This document shows positions 45,450 through 55,617 of a stretch of DNA of 61,381 bases, piece after piece (position 1 is the first letter of the stretch; each line of letters starts with the position of its first letter). The position numbers and the translations under genes are program-made. Below the pieces are notes generated by a model. The model was not told the DNA's origin. It was given only the letters and a program-made list of their open reading frames with translations, and did no database searches. The stretch covers positions 1 to 61,381 of the forward strand of contig DASXCC010000132.1 in assembly GCA_036491415.1 (NCBI GenBank). The letters are read 5' to 3'. The DNA is from Terriglobales bacterium (lineage in GTDB: Bacteria; Acidobacteriota; Terriglobia; Terriglobales; Acidobacteriaceae).

Positions 45450-45640
45450 GTTGCGTTCCCACACTCGGTGAAATGCCATCACGATTTCTTCTTCTTTTAC
45501 TGACAAATAATTTCCGTAGCCACGCTACTGGATGGAAGGCGCGAACTGCCCCGCTTGTTTATAATCTGATCTTCTTAATAAACCGCGAGCTACAAACCTC
45601 GGGCTACCACATCGAGGAGTAATCGACAATAAGGAGCATT

Positions 45641-47182
45641 TTGGCACTCGACGATAAAATCTACGACTTACGCCGCGATAAGCTCAAGCAGATTGCAGCG
45701 CTGGGACAGGAAACTTATCCGCGCAAGTACGAGTTCACGCACACTATTCCGCAAATCTTGGCGGACTATACCGCCAGCACCGGCGAACAACTCGAAGGCG
45801 CGCGCGTTAATGTTCGCGTCGCCGGAAGGATCATGGCGATCCGCCTGATGGGCAAGGCGGGATTCGCGCATCTTCAACAAGGCAGCCAGAAACTGCAGAT
45901 CTATGTAAAAAAAGACGCGGTGGGCGAAAAAGGTTTTGAGCTCTACAAGCTGCTCGACCTTGGCGACCACATTGGCGTGAGCGGATATTTGTTTCGTACG
46001 CGTACCGGCGAATTATCGGTCCACGTCGAGGAAATTACATTCCTCTCGAAAGACCTGCTTCCCTTGCCGGAAAAATGGCATGGCCTGACGGATGTTGAAT
46101 TGCGTTATCGCCAGCGTTATGTGGATCTGGTGATGAATCCGGAAGTGCGTGAAGTTTTCGTCAAGCGCAGCAAACTGGTGCAGTCACTTCGGCGATATCT
46201 CGATTCGCACGGATTCATTGAAGTCGAAACTCCGATGATGCAGCAGGTTGCCGGAGGCGCGGCGGCGCGTCCGTTCAAAACCCATCACAATACTTTGGAC
46301 ATTGATCTTTACCTTCGTATCGCACCAGAACTTTATTTGAAGCGGCTGACGGTTGGCGGATTTGATCGCGTGTACGAGATCAATCGCAACTTCCGCAATG
46401 AAGGAATTTCCACGCGTCACAATCCCGAGTTCACCATGCTGGAGTTTTACCAGGCATACGCGGACTTCCGCATCGCCATGGATTTCACGCAGCAACTCAT
46501 TCAACAGGTTGCGCTGGATGTGAACGGAACGACGAAATCCAAGTGGGGCGAACACGAGCTTGATTGGGCGAACTTCCATCGCATGACCATGCGTGAAGCC
46601 ATTATTCATTACTGGCCGGAAGGATCGGGCGCAAAGCCGGAGATGTCTGACTTTGCTTCGCAGGATTCAGTGAAGAAGCTCGTGGAGCGATTCAACTCCG
46701 GACATTCGCATGTGGCTTACGATCCAAAGGAACCTGCGGGAAAAACCATTGCCGCGTTGTTCGAAGCTGCGGCGGAAGAACATTTAATTCAGCCAACGGT
46801 GATTTATGAATTCCCTACCGCCATTTCGCCTCTCTCTAAGCAGAAAGCAGATGAACCGGAGTGGACCGAGCGTTTTGAAATTTATGCCGGCGAGATGGAG
46901 ATTTCGAACGGCTTCAGCGAACTGAACGATCCTGTAGAGCAACGGCGCCGCTTCGAGAGTCAACTGACCGAACGCGAGCGCGGCGACGAAGAGGCGCACC
47001 AGATGGATGAAGACTACGTCCGCGCTCTTTCTTACAGCATGCCGCCTGCAGGCGGCGTCGGCGTTGGTGTGGATCGGCTTTGCATGCTACTCACCGACTC
47101 CCACACCATCCGTGACGTGATCCTGTTCCCGCTTCTGCGTCCGGAAAAAGAGGATGCAAGCACACCCGAGCCAGAGTCGTAA
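45641..47182 (+). CDS. lysS: lysine--tRNA ligase (class II)
   Basis: Full-length class II LysRS similarity (OB-fold N-domain; motifs 2 and 3, including GGVGVGVDRL). TTG start after AAGGAG. Confidence 0.95.
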   Translation: MALDDKIYDLRRDKLKQIAALGQETYPRKYEFTHTIPQILADYTASTGEQLEGARVNVRVAGRIMAIRLMGKAGFAHLQQGSQKLQIYVKKDAVGEKGFELYKLLDLGDHIGVSGYLFRTRTGELSVHVEEITFLSKDLLPLPEKWHGLTDVELRYRQRYVDLVMNPEVREVFVKRSKLVQSLRRYLDSHGFIEVETPMMQQVAGGAAARPFKTHHNTLDIDLYLRIAPELYLKRLTVGGFDRVYEINRNFRNEGISTRHNPEFTMLEFYQAYADFRIAMDFTQQLIQQVALDVNGTTKSKWGEHELDWANFHRMTMREAIIHYWPEGSGAKPEMSDFASQDSVKKLVERFNSGHSHVAYDPKEPAGKTIAALFEAAAEEHLIQPTVIYEFPTAISPLSKQKADEPEWTERFEIYAGEMEISNGFSELNDPVEQRRRFESQLTERERGDEEAHQMDEDYVRALSYSMPPAGGVGVGVDRLCMLLTDSHTIRDVILFPLLRPEKEDASTPEPES

Positions 47183-47263
47183 ATGGCCCGAACCTAAGAA
47201 TGCACTAGGAATGGTGCAATTGCTTTCCTAGACTTGATCCAGCTTTTCAGTTCATTACAAGCG

Positions 47264-47304
47264 GCGCTACCGTAGTGGCCACTTCATCACTGGGTCGGTA
47301 GCGC
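47264..47304. terminator. hairpin GCGCTACCG-N23-CGGTAGCGC between convergent lysS and the porin gene
   Basis: Perfect 9-bp stem followed by TTTG on the plus strand. The large loop lowers confidence. Confidence 0.4.
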
Positions 47305-47335
47305 TTTGCCGCGTCTGGATGAGTTTTCAATAACC

Positions 47336-49015
47336 CTAGAACGTGTAGTTCAAATCAAACTCCTGGCGCTTGAGAATGGGTTCAGTCTGGCCGGGAGCCA
47401 CTCCCGTCCCAAGAATTGCGTGTTCCAGATTGCTGTTCAGCGTGCGACCCAGGAACAGTGTGTAGTTCGCAGCCACGTTGCTACGCAACCGCCATCCTGC
47501 ATAAATTTTGTGCTGCAGAATGTTGGTTGGCGCGCGTTGGTCGCTCTCCGCCCAGGATGCGATGATCGCGTCCTGCTCGGTACGCCAGTAGGCGTATCCG
47601 AACTGGAGATCGCCTTTGTTCTTGAGTTGACCAATGCTGACGTCGCCCAGGTACGCCTTGCCCTGCGATCCAACACTGGTGATCACATTGCCAGCGTTAT
47701 CGAGCGGATGACTCGCGGCGTTCAGGTTGTCCTCATATTCGAGCACGACGTTGAGCGGCAGTCGCGCCAATCCAGTTTTAATTTGGTTGTTAAGAATGAA
47801 GTCGGCGTAATCGAAGCCCGACAAGAAATGCACTTTGCCTGACGCATCCGTAAACGTCGCGTTGGTCATGCCATTTGCCGAAAATGCGCAAGCCGGGGCC
47901 GTGGGCAAACCAAACCCACCAGCGCATCCAGGCCCCTCCCCAGGAACCTGAAGGCCGCCGGTGGTAGTGGTTGCTTGCACAGCGAAAGCTGAAGCTGACA
48001 GCAGCGCGTCAGGAAAGCGCCAGTCGATCAACGTAAATGATGGATTCGCCGTCCATGGCCCAGCCTTAAAGGTCGCCGACACGGAGGCGCCTAGTGCGAA
48101 TGAATCATCACCTTTGGAATTTTCGTTGAAGAGCAATTGGAAGGCTTGTGCGCTGAACTTTTTGAAACCAGCGGTATTGATGTTGAATGCAATTTTTTCG
48201 TCAAAGCCTTCCGGATTGATGTCCGGGTCGGTGGTCAGCGAGGTGCGGTCCCACGAGTAGAGGAATTTTCCGCCTGTCAGCGAGAGCCACTTCGCATCCA
48301 GCGGGTTGTAGGTGATGTATCCGCGGTCGAGGGCGATGGTTTTGCGGTCAAAGAAATTCGTGAGCGTTTCGTTGGTGGTCGTGGGATCGCCGAGTGTACC
48401 CGTGGCGATGGCCAATCCGCCGATGAAATCTTCATCCAACTTGCCATCCAACCCGAGGCGCACGCGGATGCGGGCACGGTTGCGGGCGATGACATTGTCC
48501 TGATAAAGCCCTTCGCCGCGTACACGAACGTCACCGCTAAGACGGAACCGCCCGAAGAGATCTTGCATCGCGGCTAGTTTTTTGTCTTCTTCCTGGATTT
48601 TGTTGTCAGTTTTATTGTCGATGACGGCAAGAGCGGTCTTCGCTTCCACCGCGTTTGCCGTCGCTTGATCGGCCAGTCGTTGCGCTTCGTCCGCAGAATG
48701 TTGTGCCTGCACCGCGGCGGTCTGCGCCTGGTCAGCGCTGCTTTGACCTTTCTGGGCGTTGTTGTTGGCCTGCTGCGTGGCATCGAGCAATTGTTGTAAT
48801 TGCTGCTGAAGTTGGTCTAATTGCTGGTGTTGAGTTTCCAGTTGTTTTTGCTGGGCCGCGACAAGTTCGCTGAGCTGGACTACCTGCTGCTGCACCTGCC
48901 CCGAGGTTGCCGTTTTCTTTTTGGGCTGCCCGGGCACGGAAGATTGACCTATTGCGCTGATTGCGAGACTCAGCGCCAAGGTTGTAAGAATAAAAAAACG
49001 GATCGTGATTCGCAT
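47336..49015 (-). CDS. outer-membrane beta-barrel porin candidate with N-terminal Gln-rich coiled coil
   Basis: Signal peptide, about 110 aa of QQ-rich heptad-like sequence, alternating beta-strand pattern, and a C-terminal ...LNYTF aromatic terminus. Confidence 0.6.
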   Translation of the reverse strand: MRITIRFFILTTLALSLAISAIGQSSVPGQPKKKTATSGQVQQQVVQLSELVAAQQKQLETQHQQLDQLQQQLQQLLDATQQANNNAQKGQSSADQAQTAAVQAQHSADEAQRLADQATANAVEAKTALAVIDNKTDNKIQEEDKKLAAMQDLFGRFRLSGDVRVRGEGLYQDNVIARNRARIRVRLGLDGKLDEDFIGGLAIATGTLGDPTTTNETLTNFFDRKTIALDRGYITYNPLDAKWLSLTGGKFLYSWDRTSLTTDPDINPEGFDEKIAFNINTAGFKKFSAQAFQLLFNENSKGDDSFALGASVSATFKAGPWTANPSFTLIDWRFPDALLSASAFAVQATTTTGGLQVPGEGPGCAGGFGLPTAPACAFSANGMTNATFTDASGKVHFLSGFDYADFILNNQIKTGLARLPLNVVLEYEDNLNAASHPLDNAGNVITSVGSQGKAYLGDVSIGQLKNKGDLQFGYAYWRTEQDAIIASWAESDQRAPTNILQHKIYAGWRLRSNVAANYTLFLGRTLNSNLEHAILGTGVAPGQTEPILKRQEFDLNYTF

Positions 49016-49091
49016 TTGAAACCAGGCTCCTTGATTTTGTTTTGAAAGGTTGAACGGAAATGCGCGAAAAGGCAGGTTTAGAAATTACAAC

Positions 49092-49116
49092 AATGCCTAT
49101 CATTTTTATAGGCATT
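49092..49116 (-). terminator. hairpin AATGCCTAT-N7-ATAGGCATT downstream of the ABC permease gene
   Basis: Perfect 9-bp stem with a weak U-tract. Confidence 0.35.
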
Positions 49117-49159
49117 GGCAGCGGATGAATTGAAGGTCGAGGAGCGCATAAAGTTTTCC

Positions 49160-49930
49160 CTAAACGGCTGGAGTCAAACCCCACTTGTTCTGCAAACGTT
49201 TTTCGAGAGTACGGAAAATAAGACCATCCACAATAAAACCGATCGCAATGATGAGGATCATCACGGCAATCACCAGGCTCATGTCGTTCAAATCACGGCC
49301 GGTCATGAGAAGTTGACCGAGGCCGAGGCTTACGAAAATCATTTCGCCGGAAATCAATGAACGCCAGGCAAATGCCCATCCCTGCTTCAATCCAGAAAGA
49401 ATAAACGGCAAGCTCGCAGGCAACAGCACATACCAGAAGAGTTTGAAGCCGCTGGCGCCGAGGTTACGCCCCGCCATTTTATAAATCTTAGGCATTTGAT
49501 TGCGGCCATCTTCCATGGCAATGGTGATGGAGAGCAGCGATCCCATAACCACGACAAAGAGAATCGCTTTCTCAGTCAGCCCAAACCACAGCACAGCCAG
49601 CGGCAGCCAGCAAATACTGGGCAAACTTTGCAGGCTGACGAGGAGCCCGCCCATGGTCTCCTGCAGGAACTTATTGCTGGCGACTCCCAGCCCCAGGATC
49701 ATTCCCAAAACAATCGACAGCGCATAGCCGATCAGAATTCGCTTCATGCTTACGGCAATTCCAATCCAGAAACTATGGTCGGCAAAACCGTCGCGCAATG
49801 ACTGCAACACGCTGGATGGCGCCGGAAACACATACGGCGGCCAAATTTTCAGCCTGGCGAGTAATGCCCAAATGCCGATGAGCGCAGCGTAAAAAATTGT
49901 ATGACGCGCAATTTTTTTCAGGCGTTTCAT
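49160..49930 (-). CDS. ABC transporter permease, NitT/TauT (sulfonate/nitrate/taurine) family
   Basis: Six TM helices and an EAA-like loop. ATGA overlap with the upstream ATPase gene. Confidence 0.85.
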   Translation of the reverse strand: MKRLKKIARHTIFYAALIGIWALLARLKIWPPYVFPAPSSVLQSLRDGFADHSFWIGIAVSMKRILIGYALSIVLGMILGLGVASNKFLQETMGGLLVSLQSLPSICWLPLAVLWFGLTEKAILFVVVMGSLLSITIAMEDGRNQMPKIYKMAGRNLGASGFKLFWYVLLPASLPFILSGLKQGWAFAWRSLISGEMIFVSLGLGQLLMTGRDLNDMSLVIAVMILIIAIGFIVDGLIFRTLEKRLQNKWGLTPAV

Positions 49931-50847
49931 ACGTTTGCGCCCTGGTATTCAGCTTCGATGGATTTATTGATCTCCTCGCGAAGGTCATTGAGAATCTCTC
50001 GTGCCGCGGTTGCAACAGAAGGGTCTTCCAAATGGCGGGGACGAGGCAGATCCACCGCATACTCACGCTTTACGCGACCGGGGCGGAAAGTCAGCAGCGC
50101 CACGCGATCGCCAAGGCGAATGGCTTCACGAACGTTATGGGTTACAAAAATAATGGTGCAGCCGGTCTCCGACCAAATGCGTTCCAGTTCGTCATGGAGC
50201 AAATCGCGGGTCTGGGCATCCAGTGCGGCAAAGGGCTCGTCCATCAACAAGACATCCGGTTCGGTAGCCAAAGCACGCGCCAGCGCCACTCTCTGACGCA
50301 TTCCGCCGGAAAGTTGATGCGTGTAGCTGTCCTTGAATTTCGATAAATGCACAAGCCGCAGGTAGTGCTGTACGCGGTCCTTACGTTCCGCTTTGGACAC
50401 GCCATTCATCTTCATTCCGAATTCAACGTTCTCTCCAACCTTCAACCATGGAAATAATCCGAGTTCCTGAAAAATAAGAATGCGATCGGTACCCGGCCCA
50501 TCGATCAAATGGTCGTCCACAAGAACCGTTCCCGAAGTCGGCTGATGCAAGCCGGCAATCAGATGAAGAAGCGTCGATTTACCGCAACCGGAGGGTCCGA
50601 CAATGCAGAGAAATTCTCCTGGCTTCACTTGAAGGCTGATATCGTCGAGCGCGAGCAATCGCGAGCCATTGCTGGCTTTGTATTGCAGCGAAATTCCCTT
50701 CAACCAAACTTTCGACGGGGCACCGTCATTGGCACGCAACGTCGTGATGTTCGGCGCGGCGCCGGACTTCCAGCGTCCATTGCCACCAACATGGGTTGGC
50801 AACTTGCGCTCTTCTGTGACTGGAAAGTTGGAGGAATTCAGCGTCAT
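49927..50847 (-). CDS. ABC transporter ATP-binding protein, NitT/TauT family, with about 45-aa N-terminal extension
   Basis: Walker A GPSGCGKST, signature LSGGMRQR, Walker B LLMDEPF. Confidence 0.9.
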   Translation of the reverse strand: MTLNSSNFPVTEERKLPTHVGGNGRWKSGAAPNITTLRANDGAPSKVWLKGISLQYKASNGSRLLALDDISLQVKPGEFLCIVGPSGCGKSTLLHLIAGLHQPTSGTVLVDDHLIDGPGTDRILIFQELGLFPWLKVGENVEFGMKMNGVSKAERKDRVQHYLRLVHLSKFKDSYTHQLSGGMRQRVALARALATEPDVLLMDEPFAALDAQTRDLLHDELERIWSETGCTIIFVTHNVREAIRLGDRVALLTFRPGRVKREYAVDLPRPRHLEDPSVATAAREILNDLREEINKSIEAEYQGANV

Positions 50848-51857
50848 TGAATCGCCTTTTTACCCTTTTCTTTTAAAACTTGATTCAGCAGAGTCAGGTC
50901 ATAGATTCCTGAAAGATCAGGTTGCTGCCTGCCGAGAAATCCCAACTGGAAGGCCGAGCGCGCCGACGTCAGCAGGCTGTCACGCAATGGATCGTAGGTG
51001 ACCGACATCCGCCCAAAAGCTTCATCAAGAATGGCCGGCTTGAGCGGCTTTCCGGTTTCTTTCTGGATCTGCTGATTGAGGAGTGACTTGGACTCCACCA
51101 GATGGCCATTAATCCAATCGGTTAACTCGACATGAGCGGCAAGCCAATTCTTTACTACGTCCGGATGATCATGTAAGAACTTTGTGCTCACAATGATGTT
51201 CGTAATCACAAATTGACCGTGCGGCCATAAATTACGCTCGTCGAGGAAAATGCGCCCGTTCCCTTCCTTCACCAAACGCGTGGCCCAGGGTTCAGGAGCC
51301 CAGGCGGCATCGAGTTGCTTACTCAGAAAAAGCGTGAGTTGGTCAGGGTTGGCAATCGGCAGCACGTGAACATCGCCACCTTTGTCGGTGGACTTCATTC
51401 CATGCGCCTGTAGCCACACACGCAAAGCGACATCCTGCGTATTTCCCAGTTGCGGCGACGCAACCTTCTTACCATGGAAATCTTCGGGCTTATTAATATC
51501 TGAGTCATTGCGGACAACAAGAGAAACGCCGCCGCTGGCCGCGCCAGCAACAATGCGCAAAGCTTCCCCCTGCGAACGGACGTAACCCGTGATCGAAGGA
51601 TTCGGGCCAATATAAGCCAGATCAATGGCACCAGCGAAAAGCGCCTCAATGGCGGAAGGACCTGCATTGAAGCTCGTCCATTCTATTTTCACGTTCGATC
51701 CAAGCTTTTTCTCGAACCATCCATTCGCTTTGCCGACCATCGCCTGCGGATGCGTCATGTTTGGAAATGCGCCGACGCGAATGACCGTTTGCGCCGAAGC
51801 TGTCAGCGACAGGAACAAAGCAACCAAGCTTAAAAAAACGAAGGCTCTTCTATTCAT
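50844..51857 (-). CDS. ABC transporter periplasmic substrate-binding protein (SsuA/NMT1-like)
   Basis: ATG 51857 gives the signal peptide MNRRAFVFLSLVALFLSLTASAQ. The longer track ORF to 52055 overlaps the Rrf2 gene and is rejected. Confidence 0.8.
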   Translation of the reverse strand: MNRRAFVFLSLVALFLSLTASAQTVIRVGAFPNMTHPQAMVGKANGWFEKKLGSNVKIEWTSFNAGPSAIEALFAGAIDLAYIGPNPSITGYVRSQGEALRIVAGAASGGVSLVVRNDSDINKPEDFHGKKVASPQLGNTQDVALRVWLQAHGMKSTDKGGDVHVLPIANPDQLTLFLSKQLDAAWAPEPWATRLVKEGNGRIFLDERNLWPHGQFVITNIIVSTKFLHDHPDVVKNWLAAHVELTDWINGHLVESKSLLNQQIQKETGKPLKPAILDEAFGRMSVTYDPLRDSLLTSARSAFQLGFLGRQQPDLSGIYDLTLLNQVLKEKGKKAIQ

Positions 51858-52353
51858 CGCGGCCCCGGCCTCCGACCACCATGGGAAGGAGCGTTGCTTC
51901 TTTGGTTTTCTTTTTGCGGCTTTTGCCCTGCCGGGACAATCCTGATTTTTGATGGGTGATATCGGCCAGGCTTGCATTGTCAAGAATGCGAACTGCAGCA
52001 TTTCGAACATCAAGAAATACCTGATAAAGCGCGCGATGCTCGACGTCATTATCAATTAGGCCGCGGAGCTGCTCCGCATCGCCAAAAGGCGCAAGCGGCC
52101 CATCAATCAGGCGGATGATTTCGCTCAAATGGATCTCTTCCGGGGAGCGGCGAAGCTGATAGCCGCCCTTGGCGCCACGCACACTTTCGACAATCCGCGC
52201 GTTCTTCAATTCCAGCAGGATCAACTCCAGAAATTTTTCCGGCAGGCCTTCTTCATACGCGATATCGCGAATACGAATGGCCCCCTGGTTATAGCGGCGC
52301 GCGAGCACCATCAGCGCCTGGAGTGCATACAATCCTTTTTGTGAAATTTTCAT
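51850..52353 (-). CDS. Rrf2 family transcriptional regulator with basic C-terminal tail
   Basis: MKISQKGLYALQALMVLAR...IRDIA Rrf2 HTH. The stop overlaps the substrate-binding-protein start by 8 nt. Confidence 0.88.
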   Translation of the reverse strand: MKISQKGLYALQALMVLARRYNQGAIRIRDIAYEEGLPEKFLELILLELKNARIVESVRGAKGGYQLRRSPEEIHLSEIIRLIDGPLAPFGDAEQLRGLIDNDVEHRALYQVFLDVRNAAVRILDNASLADITHQKSGLSRQGKSRKKKTKEATLLPMVVGGRGRDE

Positions 52354-52360
52354 GTTCGTA

Positions 52361-52366
52361 ATTATG
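52361..52366 (-). promoter_or_regulatory. -10-like hexamer CATAAT 7 nt upstream of the Rrf2 ATG (leaderless-type)
   Basis: Minus strand reads tatggCATAATtacgaacATG; no SD. Confidence 0.4.
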
Positions 52367-52372
52367 CCATAT

Positions 52373-52395
52373 AAGTCTATTTACTTAATAGACTT
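52373..52395. promoter_or_regulatory. 23-bp palindrome AAGTCTATT-N5-AATAGACTT, candidate Rrf2 operator
   Basis: Perfect 9-bp arms. The site begins 6 nt upstream of the CATAAT hexamer, so it covers the spacer and -35 region. Confidence 0.5.
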
Positions 52396-52501
52396 TATTT
52401 GAAATATATAGAAACCGAAGTTTAGATGTACAAAATCGGACAAACAGATTGATGAACCGCAGATTAATTTTAGGAACTGCCGTGCTGCGGCGCTTGAGGA
52501 G

Positions 52502-55459
52502 TTACGCGTTCGCGCCGCAACACTTTTTGTATTTCTTGCCCGATCCACAAGGACATGGATCATTGCGGCCGATTTTTTCGGAATTACGCACGACCTGCTG
52601 GATAGGCTCGCGCTCTCCGGCCCCGGCCATGCGGGCCTGCTCCAGTTCGCGCTTCTTTTTGCGCTGGAAAGCCTCTTCAATTTCATCGACGGAAGTTTCC
52701 ACATGCGGACGATGTCCGTTTCCTGAAAGCATTCCAGCCGGCGCAGCCGGACGCTCCACGGGCCGTTCGATAATCTGCATGAGATACAGATAACGAGTTG
52801 TGTCTTCCTGGAAGCGCTGCATCATGGCTTCAAACATGTCGAACGATTCGCGTTTGTATTCGACCAGAGGATCATGCTGGCCATATCCGCGCAGGCCAAT
52901 TCCCTCTTTCAGGTGGTCCATATTTAAGAGGTGGTCTTTCCACTGCGAATCCAGCACGCTCAACATAATCATGCGTTCGTGGTAACGCATGGCTTCAGAG
53001 CCGATCTGTTTTTCCTTTTTGTCGTAACGCTCTTTTAATTTTTCGAAAATCGCGTCCCCAAGTTCCTGGCGATTCAGCGTCTCAGGCTTTACGCCTTCCG
53101 CCTGAATGTCCACGGCAAAACGGGGGAAGAGCGCGTCTTTCAAACCTTTGATGTCCCAATCGTCTGCGTGCACTTTGATCGGGCAGAACTGGTCAATCAA
53201 TTCGCTGAGAATGCCCGCAACGTAGTCCTCGAGGATCAATTCTTTCTGCTCAACACCTTCAAGCAATTGCCGGCGCAGGCCATACACGGCCTCGCGCTGC
53301 TTGTTCATGACGTCGTCGTATTCGAGCAAATGCTTGCGCGATTCGAAATGCTGACCTTCGACTGTCTCCTGCGCCTTTTCAATGCGACGGGAGATCAAGC
53401 GCGACTCAATGGGGACGCCCTCTTCCATACCCAGTCTCTGCAACAGCGTGGAAACCCATTCCTTGGCAAAGATGCGCATGAGGTCATCTTCGAGAGAAAG
53501 ATAAAACCGTGAAGAACCGGGATCGCCTTGACGGCCGGCGCGGCCGCGAAGCTGGTTATCAATTCGCCGCGATTCATGGCGTTCCGTTCCCAAAATATGA
53601 AGACCGCCCACGGCAACCACTTCGTCGTGTTCTTTGCTGGTTACGATATCGTGGCGGTTGAAAACTTCCGTCCATTGCTCGGTAGGAACAACATATTCGC
53701 TCCCGGCGTAATACCAAACCGTGCTCTTGGTTTCATCGACGTTGATTTGAATTTGCCCTTGCGCCGCACGCAGCGGTTGCGCCAAACCTCGCTTCACGCA
53801 CTCCTGCTTGGCCATGAATTCAGCATTGCCGCCCAGCACAATATCGGTCCCGCGGCCCGCCATATTGGTGGCGATAGTCACCATATTTATGCGGCCCGCC
53901 TGGGCAACGATTTCAGCTTCTTTCTCGTGTTGCTTGGCATTCAAGACCCAATGCTTGACGCCTTTTTTCTTCAACAGCTCAGACAATCGCTCTGACTTCT
54001 CAATGGAAGTCGTACCTACCAGCACCGGCTGCCGGGCTGCATTCAATTTCTGGATTTCATCGGCTGCCGCATAATATTTTTCTTTCTCTGTGCGGAAAAC
54101 GACATCTGGATTTTCCAAACGCAACATCTGCCGGTTGGTGGGAATGACGATGACGTCGAGGTTGTAGATTTTTCCGAATTCAGCGGCTTCTGTCTCCGCC
54201 GTTCCCGTCATACCAGCGAGCTTCTTATACATGCGGAAATAATTCTGGAAGGTAATGGTGGCGAGCGTCTGGTTCTCGCGCTCGATCTTGACACCTTCTT
54301 TGGCTTCGACTGCCTGGTGCAAACCATCGGACCAACGGCGGCCTGGCATCAAGCGTCCCGTAAATTCATCGACGATGATGACTTCCCCGTCTTTCACGAC
54401 GTATTCGACATCGCGCTTATAAAGGGAATGCGCTTTGATTGCGGTTTCGACGTGGTGCTTCAGGTCCCAATTCTCGGGATCCGCAATATTTCCAATTCCC
54501 AGTAACTTCTCGACTTTTTCCCAGCCCTGGTCGGTGACGGTGATCGCGCGGCGTTTTTCGTCCACGGCAAAGTCGCCCGTCCATGTGCTGGCTTCGCCTG
54601 GAGGCCCTTCAATTTCTTCGCCCAGCTCTAACTTCGGAACAATATGATCGACCTTGGCATACTTGTCGGTTGATTCCTCGCTGGCGCCGGAAATAATGAG
54701 CGGCGTCCTGGCTTCGTCGATCAGGATGGAGTCGACTTCGTCCACAATGGCGAAGTTATGAGGACGTTGCACGCAATCCTTCAAGTCGAACTTCATGTTG
54801 TCGCGAAGGTAGTCAAACCCGTATTCGTTGTTCGTACCGTAAGTGACGTCGGCGGCATAAGCCTCCCGGCGTTGCTGGTCATCAAGATCGTGAACAATCA
54901 CGCCGACGGTAAGGCCGAGGAAACGATAGAGCTTGCCCATCCATTCGGAGTCGCGTTTCGCAAGGTAGTCGTTGACGGTAACCACGTGCACGCCGCGCCC
55001 GCTTAAAGCGTTGAGATAGACAGGGAGCGTGGCGACCAGGGTTTTACCTTCACCGGTCTTCATTTCCGCGATAATTCCGTTGTGCAGCACCATGCCGCCA
55101 ATCAACTGCACGTCAAAATGACGCATGTTGAGGACACGGCGTCCGGCTTCGCGGACTATGGCAAAGGCTTCCACCAGAATATCGTCGAGAACTTCCTTCA
55201 AAGCGCTATTGCGCTCGTCCTCTAATTGCTTGGTGCGATTTGGATCGGCTTCGGCTTCGGCTTCCGAATCGACAGGAATCTTTGCCAGTCGCTCCTGAAT
55301 GCGGCGCCGGAATTCGTCGGTCTTGGCGCGCAGTTCCTCGTCGGTCAGCTTCTTAATTTCCGGTTCAAGTGCACTGATGGCCTGCACGTTGGGCATCAGG
55401 CGCTTTATTTCGCGCTCGTTACTGGTACCAAAAATCTTGGCGGCAATAGTTTGAATCAA
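52502..55459 (-). CDS. secA: preprotein translocase ATPase SecA
   Basis: Full-length SecA similarity ([39 protein letters not shown]). C-terminal zinc finger [17 protein letters not shown] start. Confidence 0.97.
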   Translation of the reverse strand: MIQTIAAKIFGTSNEREIKRLMPNVQAISALEPEIKKLTDEELRAKTDEFRRRIQERLAKIPVDSEAEAEADPNRTKQLEDERNSALKEVLDDILVEAFAIVREAGRRVLNMRHFDVQLIGGMVLHNGIIAEMKTGEGKTLVATLPVYLNALSGRGVHVVTVNDYLAKRDSEWMGKLYRFLGLTVGVIVHDLDDQQRREAYAADVTYGTNNEYGFDYLRDNMKFDLKDCVQRPHNFAIVDEVDSILIDEARTPLIISGASEESTDKYAKVDHIVPKLELGEEIEGPPGEASTWTGDFAVDEKRRAITVTDQGWEKVEKLLGIGNIADPENWDLKHHVETAIKAHSLYKRDVEYVVKDGEVIIVDEFTGRLMPGRRWSDGLHQAVEAKEGVKIERENQTLATITFQNYFRMYKKLAGMTGTAETEAAEFGKIYNLDVIVIPTNRQMLRLENPDVVFRTEKEKYYAAADEIQKLNAARQPVLVGTTSIEKSERLSELLKKKGVKHWVLNAKQHEKEAEIVAQAGRINMVTIATNMAGRGTDIVLGGNAEFMAKQECVKRGLAQPLRAAQGQIQINVDETKSTVWYYAGSEYVVPTEQWTEVFNRHDIVTSKEHDEVVAVGGLHILGTERHESRRIDNQLRGRAGRQGDPGSSRFYLSLEDDLMRIFAKEWVSTLLQRLGMEEGVPIESRLISRRIEKAQETVEGQHFESRKHLLEYDDVMNKQREAVYGLRRQLLEGVEQKELILEDYVAGILSELIDQFCPIKVHADDWDIKGLKDALFPRFAVDIQAEGVKPETLNRQELGDAIFEKLKERYDKKEKQIGSEAMRYHERMIMLSVLDSQWKDHLLNMDHLKEGIGLRGYGQHDPLVEYKRESFDMFEAMMQRFQEDTTRYLYLMQIIERPVERPAAPAGMLSGNGHRPHVETSVDEIEEAFQRKKKRELEQARMAGAGEREPIQQVVRNSEKIGRNDPCPCGSGKKYKKCCGANA

Positions 55460-55617
55460 TCAGGAATCCTCAAAAAAGGCACACTTGCTGCTATCTTTAA
55501 AAGCCTAGCATATTAGATGCAGGCTGCGGATGTAAGTCGCGGAGAGTGTTACGTTTGGAGTTCACTTGCAGCCTTGTACAACGTTAACAGACCTTTTCAG
55601 GTATATTTTCCACGCGC

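Noticed and set aside
45450-45640. Possible T-box or lysine-responsive leader upstream of lysS
   Set aside because: There is no specifier-loop or T-box sequence and no L-box features, only short 5-bp hairpins.
50844-52055. Long 403-aa version of the substrate-binding-protein ORF
   Set aside because: The first 66 codons overlap the Rrf2 gene in another frame and lack a signal peptide. The ATG at 51857 yields a canonical signal peptide.
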